64,000 nt of DNA from contig NC_043013.1 in NCBI RefSeq assembly GCF_006345805.1, positions 5,828,001-5,892,000 on the forward strand, given 5' to 3'. Below, piece after piece: positions 1 to 11,012 of the stretch. The number at the start of each line of letters is the position of its first letter. The first letter of the stretch is position 1. Both the position numbers and the translations under genes were made by a program. This DNA comes from Octopus sinensis. Taxonomy: Eukaryota. The notes under the pieces are model-generated. The model saw nothing but the letters and a program-made list of their open reading frames with translations, was not told the DNA's origin and searched no databases.

Positions 1-411
1 TATATATATATATACCAAGTAAGTTAGGGGTTGTGGATCCAACGTGCTAAGGGATAATACTTAACCAATATACTGTTGATATAATACCCAAATTATTAAC
101 ACACAAGTGTTTTTAATTGCAATGCAATAAACTCACTTATTGTATTAAATGGGTGAAGGTAAAGAAATATTTTACCATTAATTTATATTACAAATAAGAA
201 AATGGAGAAACACATTAGTTGCCAAACTACAACCATAATAACATACATATATACAGTATAAAATTCAATACATTTAAGATAAGAATACAAGTAATTAATT
301 AAAAAAAATAATATAAATTGTTAGAATCATTAAATTTCTTTAAAATTTCCACCAGATTCTATGGATAAATTCGTTAATCCTAAATGTTAATTCCTTAATG
401 TAAGTGTTCTT

Positions 412-753
412 GTGAAGGCGCATGGCTCAGTGGTTAGAGCATCAAGCTTACGGTTGTGAGGTTGTAAGCTTGAATCCCCGACCGGGCTGTGTGTTGTGTT
501 CTTGAGCAAGACACTTTATTTCACGTTGCTCCAGTTCACTCAGCTGTAGAAATGAGTTGCGACATCGCAGGTACCAAGCTGTATCGGCCCCTTTGCCTTT
601 CCCTTGGATAACGATGATGGCGTGGAGAGGGGAGGCCGGTATGCATGGGCGACTGCTGGTCTTCCATAAAAAACAACCTTGCCCAGACTTGTGCCTCAGA
701 GGGTAACTCTCTAGGTGCAATCCCATGGTCAGTGTCTGACCGAAGGGGGTCAC
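412..753 (+). mobile_element. tRNA-derived SINE (family A), full length with 15-bp TSD
   Basis: A-box-like TGGCTCAGTGG, B-box-like GCTTGAATCC and a central GTGTTCTTGAGCAAGACACTT block. Flanked by AATGTAAGTGTTCTT at 397-411 and 754-768. Related copies at about 3974, 18465 and 20727. Confidence 0.9.
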
Positions 754-758
754 AATGT

Positions 759-975
759 AAGTGTTCTTAGTTGGTATTGGCATATCCTTTAGCGATGAAC
801 CCATCCATATTATCTCCGGTTTTCCAACAGTATTCATTTTGAGGGACTATCATACTATACTTACATGTACTCACTTTTACCAGCAAGTCCCTCAAAATGA
901 ATACTGTTGGAAAAATGGAGATAAATAGGATGGATTCATCACTGAAGGATATATCAATGCCAACTAAGGACACTT
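759..975. mobile_element. Foldback/MITE-like element with ~90-bp inverted arms
   Basis: 759-848 is the near reverse complement of 886-975 (e.g. TTCCAACAGTATTCATTTTGAGGGACT / AGTCCCTCAAAATGAATACTGTTGGAA), with a ~37-bp spacer. Confidence 0.75.
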
Positions 976-1035
976 GAACAGGCTTTAAACAGCATACTAC
1001 AAGGTGTATACTTGAATATGAAGCTATCACTGTAT

Positions 1036-1410
1036 TAGCTTGCTTTCCAACCACATGGTTCCGGGTTCAGTCCCACTGCGTGACACCTTGGGCAAGTGTC
1101 TTCTACTATAACCTTGGGCTGACCAGAGCTTTATGAGTGGATTTGGTAGACAGAAACTGAAAGAAGCCCATCGTACATATATATACATATGTAAGTGTGT
1201 ATGTACTTGTGTGTATGTGTATATTTGTGTGTCAGGGTTTGTCGCCCCATAATCGCTTGATAACTGATGTTGGTGTGTTTATGTCCCTGTAACTTAACAG
1301 TTTGGCAAAAGAGACTGATAGAATAAGTACTAGGCTTACAAAAAATAAGTCCTGGGGTTGATTTGTCCAACTAAAAGGCAGTGCTCCAGCATGGCCACAG
1401 TCAAATGACT
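1036..1410 (+). mobile_element. SINE family B with internal (TA/TG)n microsatellite
   Basis: CCACATGGTTCCGGGTTCAGTCCCACTG head, CCTTGGGCAAGTGTCTT core and GTGCTCCAGCATGGCCACAGTC tail. Matches the copy at 21932-22310. Confidence 0.85.
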
Positions 1411-1440
1411 GAAACAAATGAAGGAATAAATATATATATA

Positions 1441-1480
<40 letters not shown>

Positions 1481-1583
1481 GTAAAGGTAATAAACCTCAT
1501 TAAAGGATCATAAATCATATTTTACAATTTATAAATAATTTTATTAATTACCTCTCCATTCTCTCCTTATGTTATATATATAA

Positions 1584-1767
1584 AGATACATAAATAATCT
1601 ATTCTCAAACGTATGATAATGCTAATACAATAGCATGAACAGGATAAACTATCCATATATTGCAGAAAAAAAAAAACGGTTTTTTCTGCAATATATGGAT
1701 AGTTTATCCTCTTCATGCTATTATATTAATATCATCATGTGTTGGAGAATAAATTATTTCTGTATCT
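1584..1767. repeat. (TA)n-associated foldback with ~90-bp arms
   Basis: AGGATAAACTATCCATATATTGCAGAAAAAA is mirrored by TTTTTTCTGCAATATATGGATAGTTTATCCT around ~1678. A diverged single arm recurs at ~6720-6880. Confidence 0.8.
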
Positions 1768-1816
1768 CAATGCTTCTAAAGCAAACCTTGTTTGTTCACT
1801 TCCATCTTAAGTTGAA

Positions 1817-1881
<65 letters not shown>

Positions 1882-2237
1882 TTAAGTTGTTTTCGATTAT
1901 AAGTCGTTTTCAAAAATAATATATGGAAAAATAAAAATCAAGTCAAGTCATTTTACTTGACTTTACATCTGTCCGCCACAAATATTGGAATCGTAAAATC
2001 ACTAGAAAACCTTTAAAAGCACATAAAATCATGCTACATAAGGCTAGAGATGGGAGCGATGACCCCCTCTTGCAAATACTCACTAGACACAGAATGTGTG
2101 TCATTAGCCAGTCGGATGTGATGTCTTCCTGAGGCTACAAACATCAGTAGCACAGTCCTGTGTAGGATGCCACAGTTGGTTGGCAATTATATGTTAAGAT
2201 TCCGTATTGCTACTGTTTATATCTCCTCAGAGATTTA

Positions 2238-2291
2238 ATATATATACATATATATATATTATATATATATATTATTATATATATATATATA

Positions 2292-2345
<54 letters not shown>

Positions 2346-2409
2346 TTATATATATATAATATATATAATATATATATATATATATTATATATATATATAT
2401 AATAAATAT

Positions 2410-2457
<48 letters not shown>
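2238..2457. repeat. (TA)n microsatellite
   Basis: Direct reading; one of many TA tracts in the window. Confidence 0.95.
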
Positions 2458-2460
<3 letters not shown>

Positions 2461-2743
2461 ATCATCATCATCATCGTCGTTTAACGTCCGTTCTCCATGC
2501 TAGCATGGGTTGGACGGTTCGACCGGGGTTCTGGGAAGCCAGAAGGCTGCACCAGGCTCCAGTCTAATTTGGCAATGTTTCTCTACCGCTGGATGCCCTT
2601 CCTAACGCCAACCACTCCGTGATGTATGGGTGCTTTTTTACGTGCCACCTGCACAGGTGCCAGGCGGGGCTGGCAACGGCCACAGTCAGATTGGTGTATT
2701 TTGGTGCCCCGGCACGGAAGCCAGTCGAGGCGGTGCTGGCATC

Positions 2744-3320
2744 GGCCACGAGTCGGATAGTGCTTTTTACGTACCACCAGACCAGGGATCCTGTGGTTCA
2801 ATTCGATTTCGATTTCGCTTGCCCCAACATGTCTTCACAAGCAAAGGGGGTTGGCAAGGGTGCCTGTCGTACGGCTCGCATTGGAGTATTTTACGTGCCA
2901 CGGCCACGAGTCGGATAGTGCTTTACGTACACCAGACCAGGGATACTGGCTGTCAATTCGATTTCGATTTCGCTTGCCCCAACATGTCTTCAATCAAAGG
3001 GGTTGGCAAGGGTGCCTGTCGTACGGTCGCATTGGAGTATTTTAACGTGCCACGGCCACGAGTCGGATAGTGCTTTACGTACCACCAGACCAGGGATCCT
3101 GGCTGGTTCAATTCGATTTCGATTTCGATTTCGCTTGCCCCAACATGTCTTCACAAGCAAAGGGGGTTGGCATGGGTGCCTGTCGTATGGTCGATTTGGA
3201 GTATTTTACGTGCCACGGCCCCGAGTCGGATAGTGCTTTTTACGTACCACCAGGCCAGGGATCCTGGCTGGTTCAATTCGGTTTCGATTCGATTTCGATT
3301 TCGCTTGCCCCAACATGTCT
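2744..3320. repeat. ~155-bp tandem repeat (about 3.6 units) inside the RTE 3' UTR
   Basis: GGCC(A/C)CGAGTCGGATAGTGCTTT recurs at about 2744, 2902, 3053 and 3217. Each unit contains (GATTTC)n and GCTTGCCCCAACATGTCTTC. Confidence 0.9.
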
Positions 3321-3497
3321 TCGCAAGCATGGGGGTGTGGGGATTGGTGTCTGTCGTCGGATGAGGTTCTATATCGACTTCGCTTGCCTCAACCGGTCTT
3401 TGTGTCCAAGGGAGGAAAGGCATTCATAAGTGGGCTGGGCTCACTTGTCCTGCCTGGTCTTCTCACGTACAGAATATTTCCAAGGTCTCGTCTCTGG

Positions 3498-3937
3498 TCA
3501 TTCCTCAGTGAGGCCTAAAGTTCGAAGGTCGTGCTTCACCACCTCGTCCCAGGTTTTCCTGGGTCTACCTCTTCCACGGGTTCCCTCAACTGCTAGGGAT
3601 TGGCACTTTCTCACACACCTATCTTCATCCATTCTCGCCACATGACCATACCAGCGCAATCGTCTCTCTTGCACACCACAACTGATGCTTCTTAGGTACA
3701 ACATTTCTCTCAAGGTGCTAACGCTCTGTCGAGTATGTACACTGACATTACACATCCATCGGAGCATACTGGCTTCATTCCTCACGAGCTTACGCATGTC
3801 CTCAGCAGTCACAGCCCATGTTTCGCTGCCATGTAGCATGGCTGTTCGTACACACGCATCATACAGTCTGCCTTTTACTCTGAGCGAGAGGCCTTTAGTC
3901 ACCAGCAGAGGTAAGAGCTCCCTAAACTTTGCCCAAT
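3498..3937 (-). pseudogene. RTE retrotransposon ORF, C-terminal fragment downstream of the RT core
   Basis: Motifs LLPLL...KGRLY...MLHGSETW...MLRWM...RRLRWYGHVARM...RGRGRPRKTW, typical of RTE-clade C-termini. Truncated at the 5' end and frameshifted near 3500. Confidence 0.9.
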
Positions 3938-3944
3938 ACATACA

Positions 3945-3973
<29 letters not shown>

Positions 3974-3975
<2 letters not shown>

Positions 3976-4293
3976 GAAGGCGTATGTCTTAGTGGTTAGA
4001 GCACTGAGCTTATGATCGTGAGGCTGTGAATTTGAATCCCTGACTGACTGTGTGTTGAGCAAGATACTTTATTTCACGTTGCTCCAGTTCACTCACCTGT
4101 AGAAATGAGTTGCGATGTCACAGGTGCCAAGCTGTATCGGCCTTTGCCTTGTATAACACTGGTGGCATAGAGAGGGGAGGTCAGTATGCATGGGCGACTG
4201 CTGGTCTTCCATAAACGACCTTGCCCAGACTTGTGCCTGGGAGGGTAACTTTCTAGGTGCAATCCCATGGTCAGTCATGACCCAAGGGGGTCT
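3974..4293 (+). mobile_element. SINE family A
   Basis: Colinear with 412-753. Confidence 0.88.
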
Positions 4294-4430
4294 TGGCAGA
4301 TATGTATATATGTATGTATATGTATATAGTGGTGATTTTTCTAAATAATACAAGTTTTACTGATGTTGACCACCACCAGTATAACTGGATCCTATTTTAG
4401 ACATAAACATACATGCACAAATAAGTGGAG

Positions 4431-4533
4431 GTAAAGAATATGCACACCACCCATTTTTGGCGGAACCCTAACCCTAAATCTAGCTCTAACCCTAACCCCA
4501 AACCCCGAAACAGGTGGTGTGCATATTCTTTAC
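4431..4533. mobile_element. Small TIR element enclosing telomere-like CCCTAA repeats
   Basis: Perfect 21-bp inverted repeat GTAAAGAATATGCACACCACC at 4431-4451 and 4513-4533, enclosing AACCCTAACCCTAA...CTAACCCTAACCC. Confidence 0.65.
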
Positions 4534-4867
4534 TTTCACCCAAAAATATATAAAAGATATAATATATTATATATTTTGCTGTGTCTAGAGAGTGTCAGTA
4601 TGTCAAGATTGTTCACATTGAGACTGTTGCAAGCAGCAATGAAAGGGTTTTGACAAGCAAAAACAAAACAAAGAAAGCAAATTAAACAAACAATCGATCG
4701 GTTCGTTGGATATTTAACCAACTGATTAATAATAAAGAAGTGGAATTGAACCAGTGTGTGTGTTAATAATATTGGCGTAATGACCCTCCTTCAACATAAC
4801 AACATTTGTTTCAACACACAAATTCACATAAAGAATCCTGGAAGCCAGGTACAAAAATGAAATATAT

Positions 4868-6088
4868 TACTCACTTACTTACTTACTTACCTATCTTGCT
4901 TGCTTGCTGGATGGCGTGCTTACTTGCTTGCTTGTTTACTTGCTTGCTTCCTTGCTTGCTTACTTGCTTACTTATTTACTTGCTTGCTTACTTGCTTACT
5001 TACTTACATGCTTACTTGCTTGCTTACTTATTTACTTGTTTACTTGCTTACTTGCTTACTTGCTTGCTTACTTACTTCCTTACTTGCTTGCTTGCTTACT
5101 TACTAGCTTACTTACTTGTTTACTTACTTCCTTACTTACTTGTTTACTTGCTTACTTGCTTGCTTACTTACTTCCTTACTTGCTTGCTTGCTTACTTACT
5201 AGCTTACTTACTTGTTTACTTACTTCCTTACTTACTTGCTTACTTGCTTGCTTATTTAGTTGCTTACTTGCTTACTTACTTACTTGCTTACTTGCTTACT
5301 TACTTCCTTACTTACTTGCTTACTTACTTCCTTACTTACTTCCTTACTTACTTACTTACTTAATTACTACGTAAGCAAGCAAGTGAGTGAGTGAGTAAGT
5401 AAGCAAGCAAGTAAGTAAGTAAGTAAGTAAGCAAACAAGTAAGTAAGCAAGCAAGCAAGTAAGTAAGTAAGTAAGGAAGGAAGGAAGGAAATAAGCAAGT
5501 AAGTAAGCAAGCATGTAAGCAAGCAAGTAAGCAAGCAAGGTAGGTAAGTAAGTAAGTAAGTAAGCAAGTAAGCAAGCAAGGAAGTAAGCAAGTAAGTAAG
5601 CAAGTAAGTAAGTATGTAAGCAAGTAAGTAAGCAAGTAAGTAAGTAAGCAAGTAAGTAAACAAGCAAGCAAGTAAGCAAGTAAGTAAATAAGCAAGTAAG
5701 CAAGCAAGTAAGTAAGCAAGTAAGTAAGTAAGTATGTAAGCAAGCAAGAAAGCAAGTAAGCAAGCAAGCAAGCAAGCAATCAAGTAAGTAAGTAAATAAG
5801 TAAGCAAGCAAGCAAGTAAGTAAGTAAGTATGTAAGCAAGCAAGAAAGCAAGCAAGCAAGTAAGTAAGTAAGCAAGCAAACAAACAAGCAAGCAAGCAAA
5901 TAAGTAAGCAAGCAAGCAAGCAAGTAAGCAAGTAAGTAAGCAAGTAAGGAATTAAGTAAACAAGCAAGTAAGTAAGCAAGTAAGCAAGGAAGCAAGCAAG
6001 CAAACAAGCAAGCAAGTAAGTAAGCAAGTAAGTAAGTAAGTAAGTAAGCAAGCAAGTAAACAAGCAAGCAATCAATCAAGCAAGCAAG
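4868..6088. repeat. Inverted compound tetranucleotide array: (TTAC/TTGC)n then (GTAA/GCAA)n
   Basis: Orientation switches at ~5361-5371 (TAATTACTACGTAAG); the two halves use mutually complementary motifs. Confidence 0.95.
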
Positions 6089-6089
6089 C

Positions 6090-6526
6090 ATCTATCCATC
6101 CATCCGTCTGTCCGTCCGTCTGTCCATCCATCCATCAATCTGTCCATCCATCTGTCCGTCCATCCATCCATCCATACATTCATCCATCCATCCGTCCATC
6201 CCTCCGTCCGTCCATCCATCCATCCATCCGTCCGTCCTTGCGTCCATCCGTCCGTCCATCCATCCATCCATCATCCACCCACCCATCCATCCAGCCACCC
6301 ACCGACCCACCCATCCATCCATCCATCCACCCACCCATCTGCCCATCCATCCATCTATTCATCCATCCATCCGTCCGTCTGTCCATCCATCTATCCGTCA
6401 ATCCATCCACCCACCCTTCCATCCATCCATCCACCCACCCACCCATCCATCCGTCCATCCATCCATCCGTCCGTCCGTCCATCCATCCATCAACCCACCC
6501 ACCCATTCACCAATCCACCCAGCCAC

Positions 6527-6558
<32 letters not shown>

Positions 6559-6708
6559 CCATCCACCCATCCATCCATCCACCCATCCACCCATCCATCC
6601 AACCATCCATCCATCCATCTATCCATCCACCCACCCACCCATCTATCCATCCATCCGTCCATCCACCCACCCATCCGTCCATCCATCCACCCACCCATCC
6701 GTCCATCC
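6090..6708. repeat. (ATCC/GTCC/ACCC)n tetranucleotide array
   Basis: Direct reading. Confidence 0.95.
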
Positions 6709-6973
6709 GGCTGCCAACACTTTTTTCTGCAAAATAGGAGTAGCTTATCCTGTTCAGGCTATATTATTAGCATTATCCTGCGTTTGACAATTTAAAATCA
6801 TTTCTTTAACTTTCTAAGACATCTCAACGCTTCTAAAAGCAAACTTCGTTTGTTTGTTTAAGTTCATTGTAATTTGAATTTATATATATATATATATATA
6901 TATATGATGAGTACATGAATGTGAAACAAAGTGGAAAAAAGAGTACTCAAATACCAGTTGTAGAGTAATATGG

Positions 6974-7146
6974 TTTATTTAAAAGCAGCAGAAATAAAGC
7001 AAAAGCTGTTACTCAGAGTCTCACGTTCCTGTTCATTGGACAGTTTAGTTAAAAAAAAAAATTCTTTTAATAAAACTGTCCAACAAGGCGGGAACATGAA
7101 ACTCTGAGTAACAGCTTTTGTTTTATTTCTGCTGCTTTTAAATAAA
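6974..7146. mobile_element. Foldback of Penelope-pLTR-like units with decayed hammerhead motifs
   Basis: Arms at 6974-7046 and 7073-7146. The right arm reads CTGT-CCAACAA-...-GAAA-CTCTGAG-TA-ACAG (7076-7114). Confidence 0.65.
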
Positions 7147-7238
7147 GTATATATATATAAAAAGAAAAGAAAATGTTACAGAGATGTACTTGCATAGCAA
7201 GTGACCTGGTCTGAGAGTGTGTGCTGGAATGAAAACAA

Positions 7239-7527
7239 TTGCAGCATGGAAGGTGTTTATAAGCGATTAAAGAAACACACAAAACCCGTTAGATTCACTT
7301 TAACATTTAAATTTAATTTGCCAAAATATTTTCCTCGCTTTGAGACTGCAGCCAAAATATTAATTTGAATTTGCCAAAAATATTTTCGTCACTTTGAGAC
7401 CTCGACCTGTTCACTGACAAAATTCCGTGCTGCACAGAATTCTGGCAAATTAAATTTAAACGTTAAAGTGAATCTAACGGTTTTTGTGTATTTCTTAAAT
7501 GGCTTATAAACACCTTCAATACTGCAA
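7239..7527. repeat. Foldback element with ~85-bp arms
   Basis: GAAGGTGTTTATAAGC...CCGTTAGATTCACTTTAAC...TTTAATTTGCCA is mirrored at 7443-7527. Confidence 0.8.
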
Positions 7528-7844
7528 AAAGAAAATGGAGAAATTGATATGCCGTCTACAATTTATTGAAGCAAATCTAATTTTGAATAATATCAAACTC
7601 ATACATCCTACAATCATTTCCAAACCCAGTTAATTTGAATTAGAAAAATTAAATTAGATATTCATATTGAATATAGTTAATTGAACATTTCGTCAGGGTC
7701 AGAACTTGATAGGAAAAGGAAGTACATCCCAATGTCTTGTTATGTCATTGGTAAATTCAACATTAAATTCAGATATGTGCGTTAATGCATTCTAATGTAG
7801 TTTTAAAAAACCATTACTTGCGTATATGTGTGTGTTTGTCTCTG

Positions 7845-8150
7845 CTTATTTCTGCGTTCCTTTCTGTTGAAGAGCATAGACTCAAAATGTAAAAAGACTT
7901 TCTCACTTCCCGAGTGTAAAACTACTACATCTGATTGTTGTTTACACACCCATCTTCATCTTTTGTTTTGTTGTTTTGTAAATTCCAACTATATATATAT
8001 ATATATAACGGGAAGGTTTACGAAAATAAACAAAAGACGAAGGCAGGTGGAGTACAAACAAACAATGTATTAGTATGACGCTCAGGAATAGAAATAAAAC
8101 AAGTCTTTTACGTTTCGAGCCTATGCTCTTCGACAGAAAGATACACAAAA
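7845..8150. mobile_element. Tail-to-tail pair of pLTR-like units joined through (TA)n
   Basis: 7859-7990 and the reverse complement of 8008-8141 are homologous. Each begins with a hammerhead-like motif and ends in the shared TA tract. Confidence 0.7.
8104..8141 (-). ncRNA. Minimal type I hammerhead ribozyme-like motif
   Basis: UCUUU-CUGUCGA-A-GAGC(AUAG)GCUC-GAAA-CG-UA-AAAGA: stem I and stem II pair, stem III is the palindrome ACGU, and the triplet is GUA. One core deviation (A6 to U). Confidence 0.65.
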
Positions 8151-8422
8151 AAGAAACAAGGAGAGAAAAAAAATTGCGTGTAGGGGCTAACGATCCAACA
8201 TGTATGTATGTATGTGAGTATGTATATATATTATAATATATGTATGTGTCTATGTATAATATATATCATCATCATTATTTAACACACTTTTCCCCACACT
8301 GGCATGGGCTACATGGTGCAACAGGAAGTGACAAACCTGTACTGAAGGGCTGTGCTAGGCTCTATTTGTCTGTTTTGGCAAGGTTTCTACAGTTGTGTGC
8401 CCTTCCTAATGCCAACCACTTT

Positions 8423-8453
<31 letters not shown>

Positions 8454-8804
8454 TAAGGTGTTGGGTGCTTTTTTTCCATGGCACCAACTCTGGTGAAGTT
8501 ACCAGTATTTGCAAGACAAAACCTTCTCAACAGAGAAAGAATTATAATAGAGAGGGATAAGGAAATTATGATAGAGAGAGGAGCAAGAGTCTTGCTGAAG
8601 AGGTGAATGCATGACTGCTTATCAGGAAGAGAGATAGAGAGAGAGAGAGAGAGAGAAGAGAGAGAGGAGGATAGAAGAGAGATAGAGAGAGAGAAGAGAG
8701 ACTCTATGAGAGATGGATGTCAAGACCTCAGTCAAAACCGTCCAACCCATGCCAGCCTGGAAAACGGACGTTAAACAATGATGACAACGATGATGATGAT
8801 ATGA

Positions 8805-9040
8805 CAAATACCTACAATCCACTCTAAATTTGTTCTCTACTGAGGAGTGCAAAGCAATCTTCATTACAGAGCAAGAAATCTTAAGGTGATAATGATAATG
8901 AAATTATTGTGTGCTACAATAATTATTGCTCACCTGTACTACAATGCTCAGGTGCATTATAAGATACAAGATGATACGAAATTTGTAAATCTTCCTTGTT
9001 ATAAATAAAGAACAAATTTAGAGTGGATTGTAGGTATTTG
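8805..9040. mobile_element. MITE-like element with perfect 32-bp inverted repeats
   Basis: CAAATACCTACAATCCACTCTAAATTTGTTCT at 8805-8836; its reverse complement at 9009-9040. Confidence 0.7.
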
Positions 9041-9154
9041 ACATCTACTTTTAGCATATAGGCACTGACATTCCACTGGTCTTTATTATGATTATATCTT
9101 TATAATAATATACTTAGAAATGAATTTTACCAATGTATTTTTACACTTTTACAT

Positions 9155-9480
9155 GTTTTAGTCATTTTGACTGTGGCCATGCTGGAGCACTGCCTTTTAG
9201 TTGAAGAATTTGACCCTTGGACTTATTCCTTTTAAGCCTGGTACCTATTCTATCGGTCTCTTTTGCTGAACTGCTAAGTTATAAGGATGTAAACACACCA
9301 AGATCGGTTGTCAAGTGATGGTGGAGGGACAAATACAGACACAAAGACACACACACACACACACATATACAACAAGCTTCTTTCAGTTTCCGTCTACCAA
9401 GTTCACTCTAAAGGCTTTGGTCAGCCTGAGGCTATAGTAGAAGAGACTTGCGCCAGGTGCCATGCAGTGGAACTGAACCC
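9155..9480 (-). mobile_element. SINE family B
   Basis: Reverse complement of the family-B tail, (CA)n and head. Confidence 0.8.
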
Positions 9481-9581
9481 AGATCCTGCATCTATAGATA
9501 TGGCTGTTTTTTATATGCTGGCCCCTGATATAATAATGTTAATAATTATATCCCAATTTAAAAGTGTATATATATATATAT

Positions 9582-9890
9582 ATCACCATTTAGCGTCCGC
9601 TTCCATGCTAGCATGGGTTGGACGGTTCAACTGGGTCTGTGAAGCCAGAAGGCTGCATCAGCCGTCTGATCTGGCAGTGTTTTCTAACGCTGGATGCCCT
9701 TCCTAACGCCAACCACCCCGTGAGTGTAGTGGGTGCTTTTTACGTGCCACCCGCACAGGTGCCATACGAGCTGGCAAACGGCCATGAACGGATGGTGCTT
9801 TTTACGTGCCACCGGCATGGGGCCAGCGTGGTTGGCAACGGACACGAGCGATGATGTTTTACATGCCACCGCACCGGCACGGGGGCCAGG
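9582..9890 (-). mobile_element. Short RTE 3'-tail copy
   Basis: Matches 2461-2750 (CCATGCTAGCATGGGTTGGACGG...GGATGCCCTTCCTAACGCCAACCAC). Confidence 0.88.
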
Positions 9891-9899
9891 CGAGCTCGC

Positions 9900-10315
9900 G
9901 AATTAGGTAGTGGGTAGCGATTTTCTTCACTCTGTCAGGGAGTGACGCCCTGCCTGACATGAGTCCCTGGGCTCAGCTGCTCTTGGCTGACAGTACCCCA
10001 GTATGGCCCCTATCCAGGGTTATGGAAGGAGACAACCTTTCAAGAATCTCGGAGTGGAGCGCCGTAGGCGGTTAGTGTTCGATTCAACACTCTTCCGGCA
10101 GCTCCTGCAACCAACTGGTGCCAAGCGTAATGCTCTGCACACCTTTGGATTCTGTCAGCAAGGTCGAGAGAGAATCCTGATAATTAGGCTACCCAGGATT
10201 TTCTTACATAGCCCAGGCCTTCGCAAAACTGGAGAGGACATGAAATGTAAAAACCAGACTGGATTTGTTTATGCACCACTCCATTGTCTCCCGAGACAAA
10301 AGGATGCCAACAACA
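9900..10315 (+). mobile_element. Putative 5' UTR fragment of an RTE-like LINE
   Basis: GC-richer non-coding island with GGCAGCTCCTGCAACCAACTGGTGCCAA, resembling RTE 5' UTRs as I recall them (not verified). Local hairpins TGTCAGG/CCTGACA and GGATTCT/AGAATCC. Confidence 0.35.
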
Positions 10316-10323
10316 CTACACAT

Positions 10324-10363
<40 letters not shown>

Positions 10364-10604
10364 GGGGTTGCTAGTGTTCCCATGTTCTGACTTTGAATGA
10401 GAAACGTAAATAAGCATTACCGTTATACAAGTGGTGTCTTCCATTTCCAGTCCTCTGTAAAAGCATGGGAGAATGTTACCTTGCTTGGGGAAACGAATGT
10501 GGGCTGCCAACAGGAAGTGCAGCCATCCATAGAAAATCTGTTTCAATAAATTCAATCTGACCCATACAAGCATGGAAAAGTGAACTTTAAAACTATGACA
10601 GAAA

Positions 10605-11012
10605 CGATGATGATGATGGTGATGATGATGACGATGATGTCGATGATGATGATGGTAAAGATGATGATGATTATTATGATGATGACAACGACGACAATGA
10701 TGACGGTAATGATGATGATGATGATGAGGATAATAGTGATAATGATATGATAATGATGATGATGATAAGGATGGTGATGATGAAGATAATGGTAAGGATA
10801 ATGATGACATTAAAGATAATGAAGTTAATGATGATGATGATGATGATGATGATGGTAATGATGATGATAATGACGACGACGACGACGACGACGACGATGA
10901 TGATGATGATGATGATGATGATGATAAGACTCCTAATGGTGATGATAGTGATGATAATAATGACGATGACGACGATGACGATGATGATGATGATGATAAC
11001 AACGACGTCGAT
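10605..11012. repeat. (GAT/GAC/AAT)n trinucleotide array extending an RTE-type tail
   Basis: Direct reading; it follows a diverged RTE-tail copy at ~10370-10605. Confidence 0.93.

Larger units (their letters stand above)
2459..3937 (-). mobile_element. 5'-truncated RTE-clade LINE (C-terminal coding region, 3' UTR, (GAT)n tail)
   Basis: An RTE-type ORF at 3498-3937 runs into a ~1-kb 3' UTR ending CCCATGCTAGCATGG...GGACGTTAAACGACGATGATGATG. The insertion is bounded by TA-rich tracts. Confidence 0.92.

Noticed and set aside
4806-6795. Long ORFs (LLTY, MDGW and HPSI repeats, up to 239 aa)
   Set aside because: They are translations of tetranucleotide microsatellites.
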